A DNA stretch of 64,000 nucleotides from a virus. Lineage: Duplodnaviria; Caudoviricetes. A program made the translations under genes and the position numbers. The notes beneath the pieces were generated by a model. The model was given only the letters and a program-made list of their open reading frames with translations, did not search any database and was not told where the DNA came from. Numbering within the stretch: position 1 is the first letter of the stretch; each line of letters starts with the position of its first letter. Of this stretch, positions 36,966-46,900 are shown piece by piece. Location of the stretch: IMG/VR virus record IMGVR_UViG_3300034062_006701. One strand, 5' to 3'.

Positions 36966-37780
36966 TATTCTTTAATTCATCAATGCCAAGGTCCATGTCG
37001 ACCTTGCTACAATGTATACTCAATCAGAACCCACAAGTATGTGCTACTCCAACAGACGGTGTATTAGAGTACCTATATGGTGCACGTGCTAACTATACTT
37101 CAACACCAGAGGTTAAAGCCATAGATAAGGAACTAGCTTTAAAGACTTGGCGAGGGTTTTGTTGGGGAGGTCTCGAGGGTTATGCAAAGGCATATACCAA
37201 TAAGGATCATATTTGTATTAAAACAAGAGGTGCTACAATTCACCATGATTGGTTTAATTCATTTATGCCATATGATATGAAGTGCATTGTAATGGTGAGG
37301 AATCTTAAGAGTATTGTCTCCTCTATGGAGAAGCTCTATAGGTCAAATCAAGAAAACCATCAAGAGATACAAAACCACGCAGCGATGACCGGTACGAGTA
37401 CCGCTAAGAGAGTCGATTCATGGTTTGCAAGTCCACCGGTTGGATTGGCGTTAGAACGTCTACAGCAGTGCTTCCTTGAAGGTACAAACAAAAACTTTTT
37501 ATACGTACGAGCTGAAGATCTTACTAGCTACCCTGATCGGGAGATGAATAAGATTTATAATTATCTTGGTCTTGACCCGTTTAAGCATGACTTTGATAAT
37601 GTAGAGCAAACAATAAAAGAAGATGATTCTGTATACGGTCTATCATCTACATTACACACAATTAGAAAATCTGTAAAACCCCTGACACCGGACTATACAC
37701 AGGTACTAGGACCACAGATATGTGATTGGATTGATAATACATTCCAGAACTATCAAAGAATGTTTGGCTATATTAAATAA
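36962..37780 (+). CDS. sulfotransferase family protein
   Basis: SMPRSMSTLL (5'-PSB loop), MVRNLKSIVSS (3'-PB), RAEDL...IYNYLG. Confidence 0.85.
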   Translation: MIFFNSSMPRSMSTLLQCILNQNPQVCATPTDGVLEYLYGARANYTSTPEVKAIDKELALKTWRGFCWGGLEGYAKAYTNKDHICIKTRGATIHHDWFNSFMPYDMKCIVMVRNLKSIVSSMEKLYRSNQENHQEIQNHAAMTGTSTAKRVDSWFASPPVGLALERLQQCFLEGTNKNFLYVRAEDLTSYPDREMNKIYNYLGLDPFKHDFDNVEQTIKEDDSVYGLSSTLHTIRKSVKPLTPDYTQVLGPQICDWIDNTFQNYQRMFGYIK

Positions 37781-37788
37781 TATAGCCA

Positions 37789-37962
37789 ATGACATTTAAA
37801 GAATACCTGAAGACACCAGAAGCAAAACGCAAAATTAAACAGATTATAAAGAAGAGACACGCTTTGCCTGTATGCACTAAATCACGTCATATGGATACAA
37901 GCAATATGGGATCAACTGCAGCATTACCTGCTGCATCACCTACACAGCCTTCTTTAAGTTGA
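37789..37962 (+). CDS. small late protein (57 aa, MTFKEYLK...)
   Basis: hand-translated; TAAATA at 37774-79. Confidence 0.55.
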   Translation: MTFKEYLKTPEAKRKIKQIIKKRHALPVCTKSRHMDTSNMGSTAALPAASPTQPSLS

Positions 37963-37995
37963 AAAATCAAATAAACAGAATAAATCTTATTATAT

Positions 37996-38190
37996 ATGTC
38001 AACAAACACATCCAACACACTAACAGAACTCGTAGCTTCTTTTGCTCTTGATGCAGAGAAATTTTACAGCGGAAATAACGCTGCTGGAGCTCGCGCAAGA
38101 AAGACTCTTCAGGAGATCATTAAGTATGGTCGCACGGAGAGAAAGACAATACAAGAGACAAAGAACGCACGTAAGGCAACTAAGGAGTAA
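37996..38190 (+). CDS. histone H1-like Hc1 family protein
   Basis: DAEKFYSGNNAAGARARKTLQEI matches the Hc1/HctA core GNKAAGxRARK. Confidence 0.8.
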   Translation: MSTNTSNTLTELVASFALDAEKFYSGNNAAGARARKTLQEIIKYGRTERKTIQETKNARKATKE

Positions 38191-38443
38191 TTTCTCTCCA
38201 TTTTGGCTGCGGTAGCGGGCATTCTGTTGTCACTAATGGTAATTTAGCAATAGTAGAACAACCGCAAACCTTACATAAGCCAGTATTAACAAAGCCTGTG
38301 GGATCCCAATGCTCACAGGCTTTGCACTGTTTAATGCGCTCCTCATACTGCTCGTCCGTTACAAGACCAAAGTCATTCTTTGACCACTTAATAACCTCTT
38401 CGGTTACACTTTTTATTTTCGATGTAATAGACGGCTTATTCAT
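38180..38443 (-). CDS. Cys-rich small protein
   Basis: YEERIKQCKACEH...CKVCGC...CP..KW. Confidence 0.75.
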   Translation of the reverse strand: MNKPSITSKIKSVTEEVIKWSKNDFGLVTDEQYEERIKQCKACEHWDPTGFVNTGLCKVCGCSTIAKLPLVTTECPLPQPKWREITP

Positions 38444-38627
38444 CGTATTCTACAAATCCCTCTTCAACGAGGTATTGGGTTAATTTTAGTAAATCTTCTT
38501 CAGCTATATCATCATCGATATCTGCATACTCCACATAAACAGACGTCCTACCGTTCCACTCCATGACATCAACAATATATTGTATGCCCTGAAAAGTTAT
38601 ACGAAAGGTAGTGCCGTCGTTGTTCAC
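38436..38627 (-). CDS. hypothetical protein
   Basis: 63 aa; similar to 50494..50700. Confidence 0.65.
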   Translation of the reverse strand: MNNDGTTFRITFQGIQYIVDVMEWNGRTSVYVEYADIDDDIAEEDLLKLTQYLVEEGFVEYDE

Positions 38628-38839
38628 ACAATTTTCTGAATAAACTGTAATGCTTTAGGTGCTGAATTAATATTCAAAAAGAACTGTCTACCATCCTTTT
38701 GGTAGATTGTCCCCCATGCATGTGTATTGCTCATTGGTTCACGCTGCACTGAACCAATATTTTCCCAGTTATTTGTTTCAAATGCTGTTTGAGCTGCAGC
38801 TAAAACCTGAAGATCTTTCTTGAGTGTTTCGTTTAACAT
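38624..38839 (-). CDS. hypothetical protein
   Basis: 71-aa ORF. Confidence 0.65.
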   Translation of the reverse strand: MLNETLKKDLQVLAAAQTAFETNNWENIGSVQREPMSNTHAWGTIYQKDGRQFFLNINSAPKALQFIQKIV

Positions 38840-38872
38840 ATATAATAATTTATGATATGCTCGTTTACAGAT

Positions 38873-39133
38873 CTACTTTTTTCTTAGTTGTATCTCTGTT
38901 TTTTCTAACTTATCACCCTTATCCCATGTCTTACCGTCCTGATCACATTTATACTCGATCTTATTGCCGATAATATTGTCTTTCTTACCCTTTATCTTAC
39001 TAACCTTTGTAACAACACCTTTACTTTTATAGTGTTTGCATTCTTTATTACAATCCTCGACATTATCTCCAACCTTTAATTCATTAGGTCGGAGATTTGT
39101 CTTTTCTATAAAGGTCTTAAACGTGATAGGCAC
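38873..39133 (-). CDS. late SH3-like hypothetical protein
   Basis: GTG start 5 nt after TAAATA; MPITFKTFIEK N-terminus. Confidence 0.7.
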   Translation of the reverse strand: MPITFKTFIEKTNLRPNELKVGDNVEDCNKECKHYKSKGVVTKVSKIKGKKDNIIGNKIEYKCDQDGKTWDKGDKLEKTEIQLRKK

Positions 39134-39144
39134 GTATATATTTA

Positions 39145-39639
39145 TTATTTACGCTTCTTTGCTTTAGTGAATCTCCCCTTCTTGTCGCGCGCTGGACCGG
39201 TCTTCTTCTTTACATTAGAGGGAACACGTTGAAACTTAACTGAATGAATAGCGTTCTGAATACGCTGGAGCCATTCCTGATGTGCTTGATCATATAGTGC
39301 ACTGAGTCCTTCATTTACGAGATAATCAATACGGCTAAAGGTAAACTCTTTGTTATCACTGTATCTACCACCGCGTACGAGTGATTGGATAGCTAGCAAA
39401 GCATTCTCTATATCCGTCTCACCTCCTTGATCGTATGGTGCCTTTACAAGGTCATCTGAGTGATATGCTAGCTTATAAGCTACAAATGCCTTACTATTAA
39501 TTTTCTTAAGGATGCTACTATTATGTAAATTGAGCTTACAAAAAATAGGGTGTGTCGATGCTTTAATAACAGTATCTGTAATACCGTTATAAACTGCTTT
39601 AGCGATTTTTGCCTTAATGGTTGGTGTTGTATTACTCAT
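39145..39639 (-). CDS. hypothetical protein with basic RDKKGRF tail
   Basis: 164-aa ORF. Confidence 0.7.
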   Translation of the reverse strand: MSNTTPTIKAKIAKAVYNGITDTVIKASTHPIFCKLNLHNSSILKKINSKAFVAYKLAYHSDDLVKAPYDQGGETDIENALLAIQSLVRGGRYSDNKEFTFSRIDYLVNEGLSALYDQAHQEWLQRIQNAIHSVKFQRVPSNVKKKTGPARDKKGRFTKAKKRK

Positions 39640-40088
39640 TCTGTATAGAGATTAGATTCTTTAGAGAGTGATGGCAACTCAATTCTTATACAATCTATAT
39701 TATAGAACTTAAAAATATCCAGAGCACTCATATCTTTAGTGTATATATCCCTATACACTACTCGCTTAATACCATGCGCTATGATTTGTCTTGCGCATGA
39801 TGAGCATGGTAGCAATGTACATGCAAGTAAACGCCCTTCCCCTCTCTTAAAGAGAGATAACAAATTAGTCTCCGAATGCAAAATAAATGGACGTCTACCA
39901 TCTCTATCTGCCCAGAAGTAGTCTGATGCTGCTGTACCAGGTGCTAATCCATTATAAGCTACACCAAGGACGCGATTGTTATGATCGAGAGCACATGAAC
40001 CAACTTGCACATATGGGTCTTCTGATCTCAGTGCAGCAACTTCCGCTAAGCGTAAAGCATAAACATCCCATGACAATCGTTCTTTCAT
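39636..40088 (-). CDS. dCMP deaminase
   Basis: RSED...VG, YNG, HSETN, PCSSCARQI. Confidence 0.9.
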   Translation of the reverse strand: MKERLSWDVYALRLAEVAALRSEDPYVQVGSCALDHNNRVLGVAYNGLAPGTAASDYFWADRDGRRPFILHSETNLLSLFKRGEGRLLACTLLPCSSCARQIIAHGIKRVVYRDIYTKDMSALDIFKFYNIDCIRIELPSLSKESNLYTE

Positions 40089-40092
40089 TATA

Positions 40093-40674
40093 TTATTTTA
40101 TATGGTCTAAGAAGAGATTCCATTCTGGAATTTGATGATAGTTCTTTATATAGAATGTTATTGGAAGACACTTCGGCTCTTTAGGTGGTCGAACCAGACG
40201 TAGATTAGCTTCCTCCGGTGTCATGTTAGCCTTCCGTGCGTTAACCTCTCTATGGGTAACAACACAGTTCGTCCATGATGTCTTACCTCCTCGACTCCTT
40301 GGGATAATATGATCGATATTAGCCTCGTTGGGTGTAAGTTTTTTATTTGTATACTGACAAATACCACCATCTCGTTGCCATAGGGCTTTAAACGAGAACT
40401 TAGGTCTCTTTTGCGGTACTCTATCGTATTTGCATAAGATGATGACCTTGGGAATTTTTATATCCCCTCTTACAGTTTTAATGTAATTAGAGTTTTCATC
40501 ATAAGGAAGCTTAATCCAATCTTGCCACTTATTTGGAATCATTGTTTCTGAACTTTGTATATCTAAACCTGTAGCAGAATCTGAATACATCATAGAAAGG
40601 GCATCTGCCACGGTCTTAGTACCAATAGCCTGCCAGCAACGATTCAACACAAGAACTATTTCTCCCTTTGTCAT
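40093..40674 (-). CDS. HNH endonuclease (McrA-like)
   Basis: VLVLNR.W, RDGGICQY, IDHIIPRSRGG..SW.N.V, N..K. Confidence 0.88.
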   Translation of the reverse strand: MTKGEIVLVLNRCWQAIGTKTVADALSMMYSDSATGLDIQSSETMIPNKWQDWIKLPYDENSNYIKTVRGDIKIPKVIILCKYDRVPQKRPKFSFKALWQRDGGICQYTNKKLTPNEANIDHIIPRSRGGKTSWTNCVVTHREVNARKANMTPEEANLRLVRPPKEPKCLPITFYIKNYHQIPEWNLFLDHIK

Positions 40675-40723
40675 AGAATTAATCCACCTATTGTAAAACT
40701 CTTAATTTAAGATAGCAATAAAA

Positions 40724-40879
40724 TTAATACCGCTTAAAGCTTTTTTTCTTTTTGTGGTTGAAAGTTCTATACGGAGTTAATGTTGTGTCGTAAACTTTGC
40801 ATTCCTTTCTACGTTGCTGATACCAGATAAAGTCTTCCTTAGAGAGGACTACTTTATCTGCATCTGGCTCCCAACGCAT
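40724..40879 (-). CDS. small basic protein
   Basis: start moved to MRWEPD to avoid overlap with nrdA. Confidence 0.5.
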   Translation of the reverse strand: MRWEPDADKVVLSKEDFIWYQQRRKECKVYDTTLTPYRTFNHKKKKSFKRY

Positions 40880-40889
40880 ATACGTATCC

Positions 40890-42539
40890 TTATGATTCGC
40901 AATTGGAGCAAGCCAAGATGGAGCGAGCAAGTTCTTGGGCAGGGTTAGCCGAACGCTGATAGTATAAAGCTTTGATTCCCTGCTCCCATGCAAATATAAT
41001 AAGTTCATTTACATCCTTAGGCTTTGTATTAGGAGGTATCATTACATTCAATGACTGACCTTGATCAATATACTTTTGACGACCTGCAGCTTGGATGATA
41101 ATCTCTTTTTGTGGAATTTCACCGAAAGTCTTGAAGACATCCTTTTCATGCTGCGTTAGAAAATCTAAATGCTGAACCGAACCGCCCTTCTTGAGAATAG
41201 ACATCCATGTCTCATCATCATGCTTACCCTTCTCCTTAAGAAGCGCTTTAAGATACGGATTCTTATAGGTAAATTTACCCTTAGCAAGATCCTTAACATA
41301 GTAGTTTGAATTTTGAGGTTCGATAGACGGGCTTACCTGACCGAGAATAAACGAACTCGATGTCGTTGGAGCTACAGCTAATGTCGTTGTGTTGCGACGA
41401 CCATAACCCTTAAGTAGAGGTGGTTCGCCAAATTCCTTAGCTAGAGATTCAGAAGCTCTATCTGCTTTCTCTCTAATAGTCTTCCAGATCTGAGTATTGA
41501 TAATCTTCGCCTGCATTGACTCGAACGCAACCATCTTTTGCTGAAGTAAGGAATGCCAACCTAGAACACCAACGCCAATAGCGCGCTGATTGATAGCAAA
41601 GTTTCTAGGATGATCCATAAACTTCATTCCTTCGGTCTTATTAATAAACTCTGTCATTACAGCATCAAGGAAGTATACAAGTGTTTCGACAGCATCTGTA
41701 TCCTTCCAATCTTCCCAACGCTCAAGATTAAGCGAAGAAAGATCACACACAAAAGACTCATCAATACCATTTGATAACATAATTTCGCTGCAAAGGTTGC
41801 TGTGGTGAATCTTTAATCCCTTATCCTTATAGACTTGCGGGGCCTGGTTATTAGCGTTATCGGTAAAGAAGATATAAGGATATCCAGATTCAAAACGCTT
41901 CTTAATAACAGAGGCCCAGATAGTACGCTTTTCCCTGTCACCTTCCTTCATGGACTTCATCCATTCATCCGATACACAGACACCAATTGAAAGATTCTGA
42001 ATATCATCACCTTCTCCTCTAATCTTCAGGAACTCTTCAATATCAGGGTGATCAATAGGAAGATAAGCTGCAAAAGAACCACGGCGGACATTACCCTGGG
42101 AGATATAATTTGTTAATGACTCAAACACTGTTAACTGATGATGGACACCGGTTGCTTCGCCCCCAGAAGAAATCTTAGCACCTCTCGGTCTAATTGCACC
42201 AAAATATCCAGATGTACCACCGCCAACCTTAGACATAACACCGACCTCTGACATCTTATAAAGAATATCATCCATGTCATCGTTAACATAAGAACCGAAG
42301 CAAGAAATTGGTAAGCCGCGATCACGGCCGAAATTACTCCAGATAGGACTTGAAAGTGAATAGTAACCTAATTTTAAATATTCTTCGAACTTGTCTGCAA
42401 AACCTTTAATCTTTAGAAGCTTTTCAGCAGTCTTTGCGATGTCAGTAATGCGTTGTTCGGCAGTTTCTCCTTCTAGAAGGTAACCACGTTCTAGAAACTT
42501 TCTAGAATCCTTATTAAGCCAATAGATATCCTTATGCAT
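40890..42539 (-). CDS. nrdA: class I ribonucleotide reductase alpha subunit
   Basis: PISCF, GGGT, RRGSFAAY, SNLCSE, APTTSSS, DQGQSLN, LYYQRS, C-terminal CSNC; uninterrupted. Confidence 0.96.
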   Translation of the reverse strand: MHKDIYWLNKDSRKFLERGYLLEGETAEQRITDIAKTAEKLLKIKGFADKFEEYLKLGYYSLSSPIWSNFGRDRGLPISCFGSYVNDDMDDILYKMSEVGVMSKVGGGTSGYFGAIRPRGAKISSGGEATGVHHQLTVFESLTNYISQGNVRRGSFAAYLPIDHPDIEEFLKIRGEGDDIQNLSIGVCVSDEWMKSMKEGDREKRTIWASVIKKRFESGYPYIFFTDNANNQAPQVYKDKGLKIHHSNLCSEIMLSNGIDESFVCDLSSLNLERWEDWKDTDAVETLVYFLDAVMTEFINKTEGMKFMDHPRNFAINQRAIGVGVLGWHSLLQQKMVAFESMQAKIINTQIWKTIREKADRASESLAKEFGEPPLLKGYGRRNTTTLAVAPTTSSSFILGQVSPSIEPQNSNYYVKDLAKGKFTYKNPYLKALLKEKGKHDDETWMSILKKGGSVQHLDFLTQHEKDVFKTFGEIPQKEIIIQAAGRQKYIDQGQSLNVMIPPNTKPKDVNELIIFAWEQGIKALYYQRSANPAQELARSILACSNCES

Positions 42540-42575
42540 ATAGTTTTATTTTAATACCTGGTTTCTAGATAACAA

Positions 42576-43547
42576 CTAGAATAGATCGTCTTCAGAAAAA
42601 GATTGATTTTTCTTTGAGTACTCAACTGGACGAGAGCTAAAAAAATCGGTCATGTTGTTGCCATGTAATTCCTCTTCGAACCAGGTCGAAGCTTTTAGTA
42701 ATTCAGTATCAACTTCAAAGGGCTTTTGAAAGCCAATGCCTTCTAATGAATGATTAATTCTGTTCTTGATAAACTCCTTGAGAAGAAGAGCATTGAGATT
42801 CTCCTCGTTGATATCATTTAACATCCAATCAACAATCTTAGCCTCTGCTTTAAAGGCTTCATGAGCTTCGTGAATAATCTTATCTTCAAGCTCTTGATCA
42901 AATAAATCAGGGTATTCTTCTCTAATTGTATTAATTATCTTTGTACCTACAAGCCCGTGAATGTTCTCTTCATTACGAGTGTACTTTACTTGCTGGTCGG
43001 TATCCTTGAGAACGTTCTTAAAACGTGCAAACCAATTAATAACATAGAACTGACTAAAGAGCGATACGTTCTCAATAAGAAGAGTAAAGAGAGCAATAGC
43101 ATAAAGGTACTGCTTCTTTGAATCTTTAAAACAACGTTTAGTATACTTCTTAAGATACTTTACTCGACCCTGGATCCAAGGGAGCTCTAAGTTCTTTTCG
43201 AAGATATCCTCTAATCCAAGAACGGAAAGCAAACGTTCGTAGGCATTATTATGAATGACTTCTGTATTAGCCATAACATAACCGAGATCATAGATAGATG
43301 GATGAGGTAGATTATCACCTAGACGTGCCCAGAATGTCTTAACTGAGACCTCTATCTGACCGATAGCTGAAAGAACCCTGATTACTGCTTCTCTTTCCTG
43401 TTCGGTTAAATTTACTTTAAATTGTTGGACATCAGCCTTAAAGCTAAATTCCTTATCTGTCCAGAAGCCATTGTGCATGGCCTCTATGAATTCTTCTGTC
43501 CAGGGATAGTTATTCGGTTTACGTGAGATTTGTTCGTTGAAAATCAT
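42576..43547 (-). CDS. nrdB: ribonucleotide reductase beta subunit
   Basis: FWTDKEF, IGQIE, EVIHNNAY, ENVSLFSQF, EENIH. Confidence 0.95.
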   Translation of the reverse strand: MIFNEQISRKPNNYPWTEEFIEAMHNGFWTDKEFSFKADVQQFKVNLTEQEREAVIRVLSAIGQIEVSVKTFWARLGDNLPHPSIYDLGYVMANTEVIHNNAYERLLSVLGLEDIFEKNLELPWIQGRVKYLKKYTKRCFKDSKKQYLYAIALFTLLIENVSLFSQFYVINWFARFKNVLKDTDQQVKYTRNEENIHGLVGTKIINTIREEYPDLFDQELEDKIIHEAHEAFKAEAKIVDWMLNDINEENLNALLLKEFIKNRINHSLEGIGFQKPFEVDTELLKASTWFEEELHGNNMTDFFSSRPVEYSKKNQSFSEDDLF

Positions 43548-43706
43548 GGCTTTGGTCGAGTTTATTTATTATTGTTTTACAAGGCATCTTACATCAAAAG
43601 AGAAACTTTTGTTGTAAAATCTACATCAATAATAGCCTAAATACCAGCTAAAGCAATTATTTTTTACGAATAAAAAAATAGCTATAACTAATTTATAATA
43701 ATGTAT

Positions 43707-43949
43707 TTAAACGAATCGAATATTCCCAGAATTAATAAGCTCTTTAGCTCTTTGAAGAGCTGATTCGTTTGTCCAGATTCCTGCTTCTTCGTATTCTACT
43801 GGTCCATACCAGAGGTAGATATCTCTTCCTAAAGCAGGTATTGTTGTCCAGATTGTCTGACTTGACGAGCTATCGATAACCTTCTCTAGCATAAGAGAAT
43901 TTGTATCTATATCGACTGTCTGTTCGGGTTGTAGTATAATTGTTGCCAT
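43707..43949 (-). CDS. small late protein, paralog of 48971..49210
   Basis: LW.G..EY..AG.WTNE..L..A.E..NSGN.RF. Confidence 0.8.
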   Translation of the reverse strand: MATIILQPEQTVDIDTNSLMLEKVIDSSSSQTIWTTIPALGRDIYLWYGPVEYEEAGIWTNESALQRAKELINSGNIRFV

Positions 43950-43957
43950 AATAGTAT

Positions 43958-46900
43958 TTAGTTAATCTTAAAGACTTCAACCTTTGTCCAAGCTCCATCA
44001 GATGTACCTATAATACTTTGAGCAGCATTGCTTGAATAGGCTATAAATTCAAGGTAATCAGTCGTACCATTAAGGAAGGCAATATCTGCTGTATTCTGTG
44101 TTGTGTTAACATTAGAGTCACTAATAGGTTGCTGAGCTAGAGCCACCGATGTATCATTTCTTCTAATTTGAATGTTATTTTGATTACCTGAACCTGAAGT
44201 GCCACCGACCCAGGCTACTTGATAATCAACATGATAATAACCAGGGATGGTTGGTGTAAGTCTGCGGGTGCTTCTATCAAACCAATTATTTGGATCATTT
44301 AAAGGATCGAGAGTTACAGTAGTATCAGAAGCGTTATTAGCTGTTTGATTTGCTGTTAAAGATAAAGTGACAACGTAGTTTGTATTTGATTCAATATTTC
44401 CTTGAACCGATAAGTTATTAACGTATGTGTAATTTGCTTTAGATGCACTTAAACTTGATCCTAAGATAAAGGTATTAGCAAATCCCTTTGTATTATTAGC
44501 AGACCCACCAGCAACGAATGAGTAGTTACCAGATGCTGTATTACAGAAACCACCAACGATAACGGAGAAACCACTAGATACAAGATTTCTACAACCTGCA
44601 CCTATGAAAATACATCCGCCAGAAGCTATATTATTTCTCCCGCCAATAACTGTTGAGGCACCACCACTTGTGATACAATTTGTATAACCTGAAACAGTAT
44701 TTCTGCTACCGCCACATATTGCATTACCACTTCCGCCTAAAATCGTATTAACATCATTTGCAGGCGAATTGACTGTGTTAAAAAGCCCTCCTAAAATAGA
44801 GTGATAACTGCCTGCACATATTCTATTTGTGAGACCACCGACAATGTTATTATAGTTGCCTGTACTTATTGTATTTGTGATACCACCGACAATGTTATTA
44901 TAACTTCCTGTACTTATTGTATTTGTGTCTCCACCTCCAACAAAGCTAAAGCTACCAAATGATGTATTTCTAAAACCACTTCCCACAAAATTATAACAAC
45001 CGGACGCTGTATTTAAAATACCTCCGCCAATAAAACTGTTTCGCCCGCCGATGTTTAAGCATCTATCATAAACAAAGATACTACAAGCACTCAATCCTGT
45101 TCTGCATGCACTATAGTCTTCATTAATAATAATGCAGTTCGCAGCATTCGTAACGACATTGGCTGTAGTAAAACATGCTGATGATAGGGTACTATTAGCT
45201 GTACCTGATGTCATCCACATTAAGGATACTGCTCCTGTTGTACCTGATGCACTAAAGCACGATCCGATGCCTGTAGCTATTAAAGCTGTATTAGTTCCAT
45301 TACCTGATAGGTTAGCACCAAAAGTGATATTAGCTGGAGTAAAGCCACCAGTATGGTTAAAAGAACCACCAACAATACTAGAATTAAAGAGAGGGTTATG
45401 ATTGAATTTACCACCGGCGATAGTTGAGAAAGCACCTAATACAGTATTACATAAACCACCTGCTATATTTGAATAGTTTCCAGAAGCCGTTTGTCTATAA
45501 CCCCCTGAAATCGTAGTACGAGCTCCGCATGTTGTATTTGCATGTCCGAGAACTACGTTAACACTTCCGCATGCTCTATTTGATGCTCCCATTGCAACAC
45601 CAATATTTCCAATGACCTGATTCAGATATCCTGATGCGGTTCCAGCAGCACCACCAGTGCAAATAATATTACCTCTCCCGCCTAGTATACTTGCACAGTT
45701 AGCAATAACAGTATTAGCACAACCGCCTACTATAACAGAACAGCTACCAGTTACTGTATTACTTGCACCTCCACCGATAAAACTATAGCGCCCTGAAGCT
45801 GTATTAAGTTTACCACCAGCTATAGTATTAACGTACCCTGTCTGGTTTATTGTTCTGTCATAAACATATACAGATGTAGCACTAAGACCAGATGAGGTAC
45901 AAGTACTATAATCATTATTAACTACAATAAAGTTAGTACCAGTTGCTGCAATTGTAGCTGTTGTAAATATACCAGAGCTTAGAGGTACAGTAGGTGTAGC
46001 ATAGTATAGAGAAACATTACCAGTAGTAAAAGGAAAAGAGAAACAGCTTTGGATACCAGTACCAGTTAATCTGGTCTGGGTACCATTACCTGAAATTGAT
46101 GCTGTTGTGATATTAAAAGGAGCAAATCCACCGGTATGATTAGCAACGCCTCCACCAATAATTGAGTCTCGAAGAGGGTTAAAGTTACCGAGACCGCCAA
46201 CGATAATAGAATAGGCTGAAGAAGCTGTAATAGCATTACAACTACCTCCAGCGATATTGCTAGGTGCGGCTAATGCACAATTCTGCAGACCTCCGCCTAC
46301 AGAGCTGCAATTACCAATAGCACAATTTGAATTACCAGCAGCTACAATTGATGCTCTACCTTGAGCTAAATTAGATAAACCACCAACAACATTAGCAAAT
46401 GTACCAACAGAAGCAGTGTTGTTTCTACCTCCTACAACTACATTATAAGCAGCTGAAGCTGTATTACAACATCCACCGTTTATAGAGCTATAATTACCCG
46501 AAGCTGTATTCTTATTACCACCAACAGCTACAGCATAGTTACCTGTAGCTCTATTTCCTGAACCAGCGCCTACAAATGTTGCATAGCCTGTTGCACGTGA
46601 ACTAAAACCGCCAACGATTGATGAATAGGTTCCAGATGCTATATTACAATCACCTCCTAAGACACCAGAGAATATACCAGAAGCTATATTATCACCTAAA
46701 ACTGTATCAATTGATGACGTTAAAGAAACAATTGTAAAGGGATTAGTTGAAACTGCTTGATACGCTGTATTCCATTGATCTGAATTTCCGTCTCCTTGTA
46801 TGTAAATCTTGCCACTCGTCGTGATATCCGACGTCGCTGATATTTCACCGACTACAGTTAATGTCTTATTAGGTGTACTCGTCTTAACACCTACATTAGG

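Noticed and set aside
31949-37780. Diversity-generating retroelement, given the Mtd-like N-terminus and internal repeats
   Set aside because: No reverse transcriptase or Avd in the window; the repeats are in-frame and mostly identical rather than differing only at adenines.
40890-43547. Introns or inteins in nrdA/nrdB
   Set aside because: Both ORFs are continuous, with expected motifs and lengths.
43548-43706. NrdR box or riboswitch upstream of nrdB
   Set aside because: Only AT-rich hairpins are present, most simply a terminator; no convincing consensus.
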